Source: Ginglymostoma cirratum
Taxonomy: Eukaryota
Assembly: GCA_024137785.1 (NCBI GenBank)
Contig: JAHRHZ010000082.1
Coordinates: 4,340,134-4,404,133, forward strand
DNA: 64,000 nucleotides
Direction: 5' to 3'
Under the pieces are notes generated by a model that saw only the letters and a program-made list of their open reading frames with translations, had not been told where the DNA came from and did no database searches. Of the stretch, positions 1 to 14,400 are shown one piece after another. A program made the position numbers and the translations under genes. How positions within the stretch are numbered: the stretch's first letter is position 1; each line of letters opens with the position of its first letter.

Positions 1-58
1 TGTGTGTGTGTGTGTGTTTCCAGTGTGTATTTTGTGTGTGCAGCTGTGTGTTGTGTGT
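1..58. repeat. (TG)n microsatellite with degenerate extension
   Basis: Pure TG run at 1-17, then imperfect TG-rich sequence. Confidence 0.85.
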
Positions 59-841
59 ACATGTGTCTAAGTGCTCAGTGTATGCAGAGCCAGTCGAGCT
101 GGAGGTCCTCTTGGGGTTGTGTTGAATAGGCTAAGGATTTTCAGCCCCCTACATTGAATCAAAGCTTGCTGACCGATTCACATGGATCGAGTTCTGTATC
201 TTTCCTGAGATCTCATATTAATAGCATCTTTTCTGTTGAATGTATCCATGTGCAGGCACTGTGTTCATCAAAGAGAGGGATGTCAGCGTGCAGTAATTAA
301 ATGCATTTCCATTTTTGCCACTCGGGCTCAGCATCAGACTCTCTCAGCTCAGATTTAGCTCAGACAGCTGCCAAACAAAGCTTTTTTCTCCCTGTCCCAT
401 ATTACATTAACTCCAACCACAGAGAAAATGTCTTTCCAATCCCAACCATCCTGCTGGACTCTGGATGAGAGCACATATTTGTGCCAAGTTGTGGGTGGTT
501 TTGTGCTGTGGGCTGCTGTAAGATCTGGATTGAAAGTGACCAAACTCACATCAAGTAGTGCCCTTCAGAGTTGGCTTCTATCCCAGCACTGTACGATTTT
601 AAATGCAAATGCAGACCTAGATCAGATGGTAAAGAAAGAGTTAGGTTTGGGGTTTGCAGAGCCTATGAAGTAAAGCAGATAAACAACTCAGGGCAGTGGT
701 TAATAATTACAGGTGGCGGCAGCCTCTCTTATCTCAATTTATTTGTGCTTAACGTCTCATACTTACCTTTGGGTGTTTGTGACAGATCGATTAAGACTCT
801 AGAAATATAAGCAAAGATTACTCACTGTAGAAAATTTGTAG

Positions 842-1117
<276 letters not shown>

Positions 1118-1734
1118 TAAATCTTGTAAATTTAGAGAAAGCTTCCCACTTTCAGCTGGAGTGATTCTGTGCACGTCATGGAGTGGAAGTCTGGGTGGTA
1201 AGACATCTGGTGGCCTTGAGCTGAATGTTATTCTCAGTGGGATTCCCTACACACATTTCCAACTCATACGTACAGACAACAGAACTGGAAACAGAGAGAA
1301 CTTGTAATAATTACTCTTAGCAGGACTGTGGTGTGATGTGCTTTGAACTGTAGGTCTGTGTGCGCAGAGCTTTCCTCACTGATGCTTGATGCAGCAGGGT
1401 CGCGAACATCTGTGTCCAAGGAGCCAGGGACTACATAAGTAGCTAGCGTGGTGTGAATATCAGCAAAGTCTTAATTGTCTTGTATTCATATGCATAAATT
1501 ATCAAATGAAAATTATTTTTACCATCATAACAATTCTGTTAAAGTGAAAGTCAGCACTTATTTCAGATATCATGTTGATTTAAGAAAATCTTTAGTCTAG
1601 AAACTACATTTGATGCTAGTAATTATTAGTACTTCATGAATTTTTCTGATAATCACCTCAAAGTTTTAATCCTGGCTTTATAGCTACATATCATATATAC
1701 ATTTTAAAAAAAACGATTAGATGAGCCTATAAAG

Positions 1735-2176
1735 AAAGGAAAAATCTTGCTTTTATATGATTCTTGCACGACGTCAAGATATCTCAAAAGTGCTTTAGAA
1801 AAAATGAAATATTTTTTGGAGTTCAGTTACTGTCGTAGGAGAGACAGTAGCCGATTTGCACACAGTAAACTCGCACAAACAGCAATGTGATAAAGTGTAT
1901 TTTTATATTGCATGTGGGAATAACTATTAATCAAGAAACTAAGGATAGCCCTTCTACTCTTCTTTGAAATAGTGTTCACTTGAGACAGTAGACAGGATAG
2001 TAAACATTGGCTTAACATCTCATCCAAAGGCTGCACGACTGACAATGCAGCACTTTATCAGCACGACAGTATAGTGTCAGCATAGAGTTTTGGGCTGAAG
2101 TCTCCAGAATGGGATTTGAACTCACAATCTTCTCATTCCGATGTGGGAGTGCTACCAGTGGATCCATAGCTGACAT
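1735..2176 (-). mobile_element. tRNA-derived Deu-domain SINE (SacSINE1-like), decayed
   Basis: Reverse B-box (gggatttgaactc) and A-box near 2110-2175; Deu-like core ttaacatctcatccaaagg...gacaatgcagcact; homologous to 17404-17845. Confidence 0.7.
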
Positions 2177-2899
2177 TTGTAACAATTCCACATTACAGGA
2201 CTGGAAATTTATTTTCCAAAAATGCAAGTCATTGGAGAATATATTTAGAAAATGTACATCCATCTCTTAAAGTTGTTTCACATCATCAAAACCCTTTTGT
2301 ATCCCTCTTTTAGCCAAGTACATGTATCATTCATCAATGCTTGTACAGTTGCTGAGCATTTGATTTGTGCTGAACACTACCATCTTTTAAATAGTGCAAT
2401 GTTAGCCAAAGATATCATCACTCGATCAACAGAAATATAACATATTTTCATTAATATGTTTATAAATGGAAGGAATTCCTTCATTGCCTTATACATTGAA
2501 ATGGTTTGTGTTGATATCGTTTTGGTGCACCTAATTAAGGCAGACTTTCAGCGGCATGTGGCATAAGCAAATCTATTGATAACCATTAATTTAATCAATT
2601 ATTGTAAACATTATGCAATCTTCAAAACCTAAGATTACAAAAGTAATTATTTGTGGAAACAGGATTTTCAAACAGAACAAAATCTTTAGGCTCATTAGGG
2701 CTGAGCTGGTAATAACCGTTTAACTGCAACGATCTTTCTCATTGCCTTCTTTGTGAATATTCGCTTGTTTTTTTTTAGAATTGTCATGTGGTTTCTTTCT
2801 CGGTTGACATTTGTCACATTGTTTAATTTTTAGGAATTCTTAGGGTGAAAACGTTTATTTTAAATTTCCTATATTTTTCTTGTAATGTTTACATAATTA

Positions 2900-3700
2900 C
2901 ATAGAAATTCTGAAATTAAGTCAGGTCATTTTGTCCATTTAGGCTATTGTTGGTGTTTATCCTCCAATTCTGATTGTGATGCACCACCGAGTGAACAAAA
3001 TCATTTACTATGGTATTTAACCTTTCAAAACCCTTCATCATTTTGCAAACTTCTAACATGATCTGCTTTCCTGGGAAATGAGCCTTAGTTTTTAAAGCTT
3101 TTTCTTTAACTGAGCTCTTATAATTCTGGTAAACCTTCCTGTGATTCTAATATTTTCCTTAGTATTGCATGCCCAGACTTTACTGCAATACTTCAGCTTG
3201 ATCAATGTCTTATACACATTTAATATCACTTCATTGGTTTTACATTCAGTGCACCTAAGCTATGAAAGTCACACTTCTATGTATCTTTTTTATGATCTTT
3301 TCTGTCTGCACTCTTACTTTTAAAGATACGTGTTTCTGCTTGCTTCAATCTCAGTGCCCTTTCATTCTTTTCAATAATATTCAGGGCGCAGTTCTGCTTT
3401 AAGTTTTTCTGCACTGAACTGGATCCACCACCTATCTGCCCACTCCTCAAACCTGTCAATAACCTCTTACAACCTTCTGTATTTTTCCTGAGGGTTTTCC
3501 ATATCCCCTCATTTGGAATTGTCAGTAAGCTTCAATATAATTCCTCTTGTGACTAATTCCAAAATCTTTTGTATGCATAGTAAGGAAAAGACATGTCCTT
3601 TGCTGGTTCCTGAAGCACACAACACCCTTAATCCCTCAATCTGAAAAACCTGCATTTTCTTCTACTCTTTGATTTCTGCTTTCATGCACTTTCTCTAATA
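2900..3700 (-). mobile_element. Old CR1/HER1-type LINE 3' fragment
   Basis: Begins with a catagaaat tail in reverse; degenerate RT-region sequence (ttggaattgtcagtaagcttc); no intact ORF. Confidence 0.5.
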
Positions 3701-3739
3701 ATGCAGCTCTTTTCCTTTTCATGCACTTCTTTCAGTGGT

Positions 3740-5335
3740 AAGATGGATTGAATGTTTTAACTGATATGCCACCAGAGGCTTCCTGGAGCTGTCCCAGGGG
3801 ATAAACGAAGAAACAGCAACATGGGAGAAAAATCTGAGTAAAGGCAGCTATCACAATGCAATTTTTGTATTGAACTATAGCCTAATTCTCTATGGACGTG
3901 ATAATAAATATTGGTAATTTTAACAGGAAATGTCTGCAGAGAGTGCTGAAGACTCTGAAATTACATAAAGAACCTGGCAGGCTGCGGGTGTGGAGGCCTT
4001 GCTGCAGATAATGCTGGGTTCTCATGATCGTACTGTAGGGCTGCCTTAGGTGGGGCCAGAGTGTGAAAGAGAACAGCAGTGGAAAGAGGCTGGGCCGGAC
4101 CTCTGGCAGTGCAGAGGGAGTTTCAAATCCAGCCTGGTAACTGTGGGGTTGGAACCTGTGTCTGGGGGAGACCAACAGTTGGAAGGAGGATGGCGATGTT
4201 TGAGATTAGCTAGGGAACGCTGCCACTCAGGTGGGACAAATATTTGGAATTGGTAGGGATTTCTCTGATGGGGGAAGGTTGGCATTTGGCAGCAAGGTTA
4301 ACAGTGAAGATTAGGCTGAAGGATGCTGAAGGCTTCCTGAAGGAGTCTTAGGTACCGCTGCTCTCTCTGACAGACAGAATACTAAAGGAACCATGCAATT
4401 CCTGTCACAGAAAGTGGTTGAGGCCGAAACATTGAATGTCTTCAAGAAGCAAATAGCTATAGTTCTTAAGTGTAAGGGGATCAAAAGGTGTGGGAAGAAG
4501 AGGAACTTGGTGGCTCTAAACTCACAGGTTAATTGAATAATTGAGGAGGCTTAGTTATCTTTCATGTGGCTTCTGACCAGGGTTTTTTTCCATAAAATAC
4601 GAACCATTTGAGATTTAAAAACTTTGAATGGCTTTATGAATGGGAGCTTTTTTCACTATGAAGTGTGTATGAATGAGAACGCTTTTGGATTGTTAGAACT
4701 TTTTCATCACTATGTGGCTCCTGAAGCCTTCTTATGGTGAACAGGGATGGGACTCTGAGGTATCATGAGTATTGGCAGAGACATAGGACATGGCCTGGCT
4801 CGGGTTATGATGTAACATGTGAGTAAGGGTTTGTCATTCAGAGGAGACATGGCAAATTGAGATGGGTGGGGTCATTAGTTGGCACGGGACTTAGCAAAGG
4901 GCTTATGAGGGTTATGAATGGTTGGGTGAGAGCCTGGGTTAACATGGAGATACATCAGAAGTACGGGAGGGCATCAGTAGCCATGGAAGAATATGATGTG
5001 GGCATGGGAGGATGCATGGAGGGGATGGGTTGTCATGGAGTGGCATGGGGTAAATATGGTCAGGATTTTAAAGCCCGATGTCACAGGGGCTGGCTGAGAA
5101 AGGTGAGGGCTAGCAGATCTGTCAGCTTCTAAAGCAACTAGGATGAAGTGTCAGAGAACAAAGTGGACCTTTATAATCTTCATTCTGGAATTCAACTGCC
5201 CGCATGACTATTTTGGATTTGCTTTCAGAGCCAGTCCTGCCTCTTTCCTCCGTCACCTCCACACCAAGCAATGAGTCTAACGACTTCGTTTAAACTGAGG
5301 TGGTCCACCTGACTCACTAGCAAAATCTAGCCCCT
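3740..5335. mobile_element. GC-richer interspersed repeat block, probably a non-autonomous DNA-transposon relic, with a CR1 fragment at about 4390-4500
   Basis: Compositional shift with G-rich (ggcatg)-like degenerate repeats at 4740-5060; ends in aaaatctagccc; 4390-4500 resembles a CR1 3' region. Confidence 0.35.
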
Positions 5336-8300
5336 TTCTGTTTAAAATATATAAAGATGAGAATGGGATTGGGTTGCTGTCAGGTTGTCCAATAGTAATA
5401 CCCTTTGTTAGGATTGGTTGGGCTTGAGGTTAGGCAGAGTAAAACTGTTTCATTCACTGGAGTACTTGAATCAGACCTACCCAGGGTTGATATAACAGCT
5501 GTGAATTAACTTTGAAAATTACTTAAATTTCTAATATGGAAACAGGACAGGATATCTTGCAAAGTGCCAATGAGTAAGTTTAACATCATGACGACTCAAA
5601 ACAGCAGAAAGTAACTTTTCACTCTCACTAGTTCATCGTAACATATTGTTGCACCAAAGCATGACTAATAACGCTTAAAGTTCTTCAGTCAGTACCACAG
5701 GCAAGGCCAAGATAAATTCAACACAGAAACAATGAAGAGTGCCTTCAGATTTACAAACTGAATTCTACGTTTCTTGGGCAACTAAATAATAGAATAGTAC
5801 AAATTGACATTGAACACTGTGGAAAGGATATTTGTTGTGGATCTTTATAATTAAGGGTTTACAGATAGTGATGGCGCTGAGCGAATACACTGCAACTTTA
5901 TAGAACCAGATTCCGATTTTTGTAGCCAACAGCGATCCCTCTAGGATGACAGATCAGTAACAACATTGAAATTTAATTTCAGGTGAGTCAATAGCATTTC
6001 TCATGATCTAGTGTAATTTTGTGCTGATGCAAAATCCTGTTTCATATGAACGTTTGCAGCTTCTCTTCCCACTTGAGAAAGCCTGGAAATGATTGTGAGC
6101 GATATTATCATCTGACCACTTAACACACTCATATCAAGTTTCGCTTCCATTTTAATGGAAGTGTTAATTCGTTTAAAATATATTGTTCACACCTACAGTA
6201 GGATAGTAAAGAGGAATGTGACATGAGCACATTAGACATTTGTCATTTCCAGGCAATAATCCATACATCTTAAAACATTAACTCACAATCTGTAATTGAT
6301 CTATGACAGATATTGAAAAAGAAGTCAATGTTTTTAAAACACAAAAGCCCAATTAATTTCTTTGTCCTCATTGAGCTGAAGGTCTCCCACTAACATACCT
6401 TTTACAATTTCCCCATGATAAAGCATTGACTGAAAGGAGGATTTTTTTTAATTCCTCCTAAGGCTGATAAACATACCTGTTTTAAATTTTGATTATGCAT
6501 TTTTACTCCATGATAGAATAGAAGCAAATTGATCTCTAGCTAAATACAGTCTTTACTGTTGTGTGTGTATTTATGTGTGCATGGAGGCAGGTATACACGT
6601 GTGAATGTCTGCTTATGAGTTATTCTCTGTGGGTTTTGCTGGGGATTCTGATAACCATGTTTCAAAACCCCGATACTTGGTCAGTGCCGCAAATGTATCA
6701 TGTGATCTTTCTGGTCAAACTGATGAGAAGGCCTCACTTCCTGTGAAACCAACTGACTTTCTGAAATATGAACTATTTAACAGAATTAGAGAAACACAAC
6801 TCCTTGTAAACGACACAGGTTGTGTCCTGCATCTATAGGACCCCTTTCGGCTAACAGTCTCCCAATTGTCAGCTAAAAGGGGAACTTGATCTAACCTGTG
6901 GGATGGTGCATTTTAATAGTTCACTAACAGACACAGCTCTGTGCCAAGCATTCTCAAACCTGCTCATGTGTTGTGGAAACATGAGGGTGGTAATGTTGTG
7001 CCTGAGTGAGAAACCATTGCTTCTTCTCACTGTGGAAAATTCATTTCTGGCATGTTGACTTTCTAGATTTGTTTGCAGTTTCGAGGACAAATGTGTTCAT
7101 TTACGTCTATTGTGTGAGGAAAGGATTTTGTGGCGAGTTGCTTGCTAAAATGACAGACTGTATGCAGGCACGCACCACTCTGGGATATTACTAGGAGTAA
7201 TGAGGCAGCAGTGTCACACAGGAACAGACTCTGGCTGAGGATTCATGTGAGTAAACTAATAAAATCAGCTGTCATTCCTAATAAGCTTCAGCTCCCCCTT
7301 TTAGGTTAGCATCAGAAATTTATACCCAGCCAAGTAGTGATCTCTGCATACTTGGGCTGATTTACAAGTTAAACTGTAAATCTTAGCGTTTATAAAGTTT
7401 GCTGGAGAATGTCACATTCATTTACAGAAGTGCATTCTCTTGGCTCTCTCGTGTACTTGAAAAACTATTTTATAAATCATTACTGTGCTGCTGGAAAGTA
7501 ACTGCGGAGATGAAAAGGTTCATTAACAAGACATTTCAGATTGAATTTTAGATTAGCAGTGTAATAAAGAGACCCCACCCAATATGCACAGTGAGTGGAT
7601 TCTTGGAGTGGTTTACAGTAAGTGAATGGATAGTACTTCTCAAGTGCATAATCTACAAAGGATTTCACAATGCATTCTCACGTTACAAAAGGTCACTAAT
7701 AATTGCCTTGTGTGACATAATGATCTGTGAAACATTGCTAAAACAACCTTCACATAAATTAATACGTCCCCATTAAGCTCTTCTCATACTTTTGAAATTA
7801 CTCAAATGAAATACTGTATTGTAAGGTTGTGACTGCTGTAGAACTTGCAATTCCCTTTAGTTGGTTTTCTTTTAGGAATCCTGCCTGAGGATCATTTAAA
7901 GGAGTGATGTCGCTATCCTGGGTGATTTCAAACAGCTCTAAATTCCAGACCAAGACCTGCCCTGGAATCTCTGCTGTCACATTGTTATGTTGACTCTGGT
8001 AGATGTTATACCTGTGGGATGTGAGCAGTTAGAGTGTGGCGCTAATATCTTTTCATTATATTGCATGTGTGACATGCCTGCTGTTCACGAAAATGAGAAA
8101 TAGGAACGGTGATCACATAAAGGCAAATGTATAATGTGAAATTGAACAGGAAGTACAAAAGAGGAACCAAAAGAGAATGACAAACATGTTAATTGTACAA
8201 GGATGATCAGTCACAGCACATGGTGTTAATATTAGTCCTATATCCAATGATATGAAAAAATTGTAGCAGACTTTAACAAGGGTTGCCTCCATACAGTGTG

Positions 8301-9095
8301 AAAGGATGCAAAGTAACATATCTCGGTTGTACATTTTTTTTACATTTAATGCTTGAAAATCAATCCCTCTCATGTACATGACAATCGAATCATGTAGGAA
8401 AGATTCCAATGCAATTGTTATTAATTTTAAGAACTTAAATAGGAAGAAATTTAACCCAAGCTATCCATGGATTTTAACATAGGTTTTTCTCCTTCTGTTT
8501 AAATTGTACGTGAAGAGTCCTGCATAAATGATCTCTGACGTAGAAATAATTAAGTAGAACTCAAACATATCTGCCCAAAGCCCATCTTTTCAACTCTGAC
8601 TGCCTTCTCTTCACACACAACATGATCTCTCTATCATCAGAAGTTTAGGAATCATTGTGCTCCAAGATATGTTGAAAATCTCAGTTTATACATGCCTCTA
8701 CAACATGAAGTTACGTTCTAAACCAGAGGTGGATTGAACTACTTTTTGAAGCTTAATTAAGATAATACTGAGTGCTCTTGAGAGCTTATTCCAGATTTTT
8801 GGTGCACTTTGGGGCGAGAAAACCTAATTTATTGCCTTGATTATCTACAGTCTAACATTGTTTCCTATTGAAATTAATCATATGCCCATATCTGTATCAC
8901 CTATTCTTTTTAATATTATAAAGTCAGAATTGTATTTCATTTTATGATCTTTCTCCATTGAAAACAATTTCTCTTGTGCAAGTATCCCTGCAACATTTAA
9001 AGTGCTCTGGTCTGAACCTTGTGTAATAAGCCAAAATGTTTCTGAATATACAGTGCCTAAGACTACACATGTAGTCTCTGTATTTCCTCATTTAT

Positions 9096-9440
9096 GGATG
9101 GCATGGTGGCAGAGTGGTTAGCACTGTTGCCTCACAGCACCTGTGATCCAGGTTTGATTCCAGTCTTGGGTGACTACTGTGTGCGGAGTTTGCACATTCT
9201 CCCTGCATCTGTTTGGGTTTCCTCCTGTTTCCTCTCACAGCCCAAAGATGTAAACGTTAGATGGATTGGCCATGCTAAATTGGCTCTAGTACCCCGGGAT
9301 ATGCAGGTTAGGTGGATTAGCCATGGGAAATGCAGGGTTACAGGGATAGGGTAGAGGGGTGGGTCTGAGTGGGATGCTGTTTAGAGGGTTCATGTGGACT
9401 CAATAGGCTGAATAGCCTGTTTCTCTGCCTTAGGGATTTT
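9096..9440 (+). mobile_element. HE1-type tRNA-derived SINE
   Basis: A-box ggtggcagagtggttagcac, B-box ggtttgattcc, body gtgtgcggagtttgcacattctccc, CR1-like tail; homologous to four other copies in the window. Confidence 0.85.
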
Positions 9441-11261
9441 CTTACATGTGTCCTCTCCAGTTTCAGAAACAAGATCAGGGTAATGTCTTTGCACCTATAG
9501 AGATTCACACTAATATATCGCCACTTCAACATGGCTAGAAAATTTCAATGAATATTAATTACCACACCAATAATCTCTTTGTGTTCTGTTTCTGTATGTG
9601 CATGTCACTCCAAATATGCATTACAGTGCTTTCGTATTTAAATGCAATTTATCTGCCTAGTTCTATAATTGTTCAAGATCTTTTGGATGCAGCCCCTGTC
9701 CACTCTGCTTGTTAACTGTCTATACATTGGGGATCATCAGAAGATGTAAGAAGAACTGTTTTTTACACAATTCATCACCTGTCGGAGCCTCAGCGCTCAC
9801 CGCTGTCCGTTGCCTCCACGTCCCCCCACTCCACCAGCTCCATGTTTTCCATCTAGCATCACCTTCTTCACCAAATCAGCTTGCAATTCAACAGGATAAT
9901 TTACAATTAACTCCTTAAGAGACGTACTTGGGACATTTTATCAAATGTCTTCTGAAATTCCAATTATGTCCTTTGGCTATTCCTCCTCCAGTAATTTAAT
10001 TGTACTTTCAAAAAAATCAAAACTGTGATTGAACACCATAAATTCTGCAGTGGAGGATGTGATGCAATGTTACAATATCATTATCATCATTGTTTCATTG
10101 TGCCCTTCTTCATATATTAATATGTAGAGTGAGTTGTAAGACATTACACTATGAAGTGTTATACTTGACATTTAATATATTAGGAACATACCACTAAAGG
10201 AAACATTTCACTTGCACTAAAATCCTTTAATACTTTGAATTTGGATATCCTGTGGAATGTACTTAATTCACAATCTCAATTTACTTCCATCAGTGTCATC
10301 AGTAGTGACAGACCTGTCGCCATCATTTAGTACCAAAATGGGAAGGTAGCAAGCAGGTCATAATTTAATGCATGAGACAATAGCAATCACTCACCAGCAC
10401 AAATTAAATTTGTCTAAGTATTAGCTTTTAAATGTGAATCTTTTTGTTTATCGCGTATTTGCCATACTCGTATATTGGTGGGAAGCCTGCCTCTTAGAAC
10501 TGAGTGTCATAATTGCAAGGTACTGAGTGAAGAAAGCCCTTTGATCATTTAATCTCATCTCTTCAGAATAATAGCCACAGCTCATTATTTTATTTAAATT
10601 CCTATTGATTACATTTTAGGTAAATAAATGTTATAACTGTGAGTTTAAAGATCACATTGTTTGACGTAACATTGTAGTTTACCATCTCAGAATTCAGATG
10701 TCAAGAATCAGTCCCCACCGTGCCCCAACTAACTTCTATCTGCTTAGTTTAACACGTGACCTTTGATCATTGATAACCTGTGTTAATAGAGTTTCTCTGT
10801 TCACAAATTATTTTTTCCCCATCATTTTTGCATCACATTCATTTGTGTGCTTCCTACCAATTTTCTTTTATTATGTCCAGTATTCAATCTTTATTATTAT
10901 CTTTTGGTTTGCTTGCAGTTTTATTTAATCTCTTTTATAAACACCTTTTCTCTTTCATCTGTTGTTCATACTTTATGCTGCAGTCTTTGTCAGACCATTC
11001 CATTCACTTTAAAATAAGCACTGCCTATGACAGATGTCCTTTGATTTGTTGTACAGTTTACTAAATTGTTAGGAGAAGTACAATTCGTGTTCCTCATTCC
11101 TGCCCAGAACATTCAAATGTTGTTTGAAGGCTCCACACCTCGTGACATCTTTTCTCACTGATTCATTCCCAGAACGAAGAGTTGTTGATTTTTTTCTTTG
11201 AAGATTTCAAAATGCAGTTATGTTTAATCCATTGCTGGAAGACTTACTATTTTTGATATGA

Positions 11262-11400
11262 GAGCAAAATGCTGTGGATGCTAGAATTCTGAAATAAAAA
11301 CAGAAAATACTGAAGAAACTCAGCAGATTTGGAAGCATCTGTGAGGAGAGAAAAACAGAGTTAATGTTTTGAGTCCACAGTAGCTCTTCCTGAGAACTGT
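11262..11400 (-). mobile_element. Penelope-like terminal-repeat fragment (family 2), degenerate hammerhead
   Basis: gaaactcagcagatttggaagcatctgtgaggagagaaaaacagagttaatgtttt is homologous to the 46108-46326 and 31132-31235 elements. Confidence 0.6.
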
Positions 11401-14400
11401 TGTTGGTAACCTCTCTTAAAAAGATGATAAGGTAAAATACAGATAAGATTTCCCACTTGGTCCAGAAAAATCTGAAGTTCTTGTTAGTATAGTTTGTTGA
11501 ATGATTCCAGGATGTTTTTCCTTTCCATGCTTTTAACACCAGATTCACTTCGTCTTTTAGAAGCTTAAATCTATGTCCCTTTGTCATATTGTCAGTTAGA
11601 CATAAAATTGTTACACATACTTATCCAAAAAAAAATCCAAAGTTTATCCTGTTGAGTTGACCTTAAATGCTTTAAATGATTTTGTGCAGTTGACATAAGG
11701 TGAAAAAGTGGGAATTGTTTCAAGTAATTTCTGCTGCAGAACAGTTCAGTGTGAATCCAAGAACTTTGCCCAGAATGTTTTCTTAATAAGTTAATCTTCC
11801 CCACCAGCCATTCCTTCATGGAATAAATGAAACTATTTGAAAGGAAACATTGTGGTTTAATTATTCTGTTTCCTTTAATTAACATTTTAGTTCAAATCAC
11901 AAGCAGTTCTGACATGCAAGCATCTTACTGCGGTGAAGACATCGGATTTTCAACTTTAAAGTTTAGCACTCAATTGTTAGAAACTTTTTTGTTACTTCGT
12001 TATTTGGTGCAACATTTTATCTTTCTAAGTACTATTTTTAACAACAAATAGATGAAAGTGAAACTATTTGGAATACCGTGCAACAATGTGACGCATATGA
12101 GACTGAAAATTACAGGGAGCGAAATTAGCTTGTGAATATTTAATGTCATTATCAAATGCTTCTCCTTGCTATTTTAATTGTAATATTAAATAAATTTAAA
12201 TGAAATGGTTAACAATCCCATTAAAATTACAGAGAATATTTGAACACAGACATGAACATTTTCAGAATTATATTTTTCGTACTCAATTTGAAGTTGCGGG
12301 GTTACATTTATTATGTAAACTGCATGTTCGATGTGGGATTCAGAAGAAATAGCACTGAATGACTTTACATATTTGTAATTCATTCTTGGACATGTGCAGT
12401 TATTGCATGTTGAGTCTCAAGTTTGTAAACGTGATTTTTTTTATCAACTAAACTTTCAAGTTGACAGAAATGATGAAAAAAAATGGTAATTTGTGCAGTT
12501 TTGAAAAAATATTTTTCGTCATGTTTACATCACAATCAGAAAGCTGTATTTGTTTCAAAGTAAGAGGATGAAAATAAATTATGTGAGCAACATAATGAGT
12601 GCCAAGGTGTAGAGGTTTTCAGCAAAGAAGGAATTCGACCATCTGTAACAGTAAGGAATATTGTGTCCTTACAACAGAATTAGACAGCCATCTAGACAGT
12701 GAAAGAAAATGCCATGAATTTGAAAGCCACTCTAATAAAAGAGCAAAGATAAACCATTAGAAATTACGACCATGTTCCTATTATCTTAAGCCTGTGTAAA
12801 TATTATTGTACATTTAGCTTGTGTGTAATAGGAATTGCTGATCATTTTGGAGAAACGTACCCTAGTGAACTGCAGACACCTGCTTGCTGTAGTCCTTTGA
12901 TGTTTGCTCCTTTCCTTCCACAATGCATTTTTGAACCATTACAATAGGAAATATGATCAGACAGTGGTAATCAGCTTTATATATTTATATAGAATGTAAA
13001 ACAAAACCGCCCAAAACAAAAGACAGGAGGACACACAAAAGGAACTGACCTCCATACTCAACCAACAGCTAGGTAAACAATGTTCTAAACTTCTCCTATA
13101 ATTACCGGAGTTTAAGGCTTAGACACTATTTTGCTGAGCAGTAAAATCAGTGCACTCAACTTCCCCTGTTTTGCCTTCCAAATGAATGCTTCTTTGGTAT
13201 TCCAGTGTTTTTTGATACTCTCCAGCTGGATCATATTCATAAAAAATGGAGCAGTCAATAAACACAGTATGGTTGGCTCAGGAGACAATCGCCCTATTTC
13301 AAAAATGGATGCTAGATAAGTTTTGTCTCTGCAACAAATGAAAAGAAAGGGAGTAGCCTTTCTTGTGATGTGGCAGGCAACGCAGTTCTAAAAATCAAGT
13401 GATTGATAGTAACAAAATGTTTCTTCCCTTTTGGAGGCTGTACTTCATTTCCCAATGGACTGGATAAGTTCGAGCAGGTTTAGATGACAACATGTTTATC
13501 CTTGGTCCCTACAGCTCCAGTCATTGACTTGATTTGAAAGGGTTATAGAGTAGTAACATCAGTCTCGATTTTCTTTTCTTATTAATGATATTGCATTTAG
13601 GTCACCCACATGTAGAGAAACTGAAACATCTGGCAAATATTCTGCTCCACAAAATGGTGCAATTTTGACCCACTTGCAGTAAAATAAAAGCCAATTGAAA
13701 AGATCAAAGGCAAGTATATCAAAGCAAATTCCCCAATTCTGAAAGCTGTAACCTAATTTTGCACACCCTTAGCCACAGGCATCAAAGAAGAATAAACAGT
13801 GCCACATCTAAAAATCAAACCACAGATCAGAGGAATTATAAGGTATGCAATTGTAGACATGCAAATAAATCAGCTTGCTTTTCTGCATATGTGCAAATAA
13901 TGCATGTTGGTTGAGGCTATACATCATTCCCTCATATCAGTTTCCAATTTAGGGAAATTAAAGTGGACTGAATAGTGAGGTTAGTACTGTTGGGCAAGTG
14001 CCAAGTGTAGTTAATGTATAGAGCAGACAGACCTTTTGGCTAATAAGTCTTACGCTTTTTAAGGCGGATGAGTGGCTGGCACATCAAATGACTTGTCTTA
14101 ATCGGACAAGTCAAAATCTGACAATTTCCTTATCTATGTGAGATTTCCTAATTAAACCATTCAGGATAGTATTTGATGCTTGAATATTATGAGCAGTTTT
14201 ATCATTGGTATTTTTCCTATTGTAAGGTCTTAGGGCATCTCAGGTCTAAGATTGTGCCCTTTTTTCTTTATTTCTATACGCAAAACCCAGTGAATCTTAA
14301 TCACCTCAGTTCCCCACTGAAGCATGTCATTATTAACACTAGGACGCTGACTACCCCATTCAGGATGATTACTCTCCACTGCTCCGACAGGCTGGGATTG

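Noticed and set aside
7079-7159. Possible 81-nt in-frame cassette exon
   Set aside because: The acceptor is plausible but the donor ACT|GTATGC is weak, and the peptide has no resemblance to BAHCC1 or TNRC18.
11262-11400. Active hammerheads in family-2 fragments (also 31132-31235)
   Set aside because: Core nucleotides are mutated (CTCAGGA or CTGTGA; AAAAC instead of GAAAC) and they are antisense to the gene.
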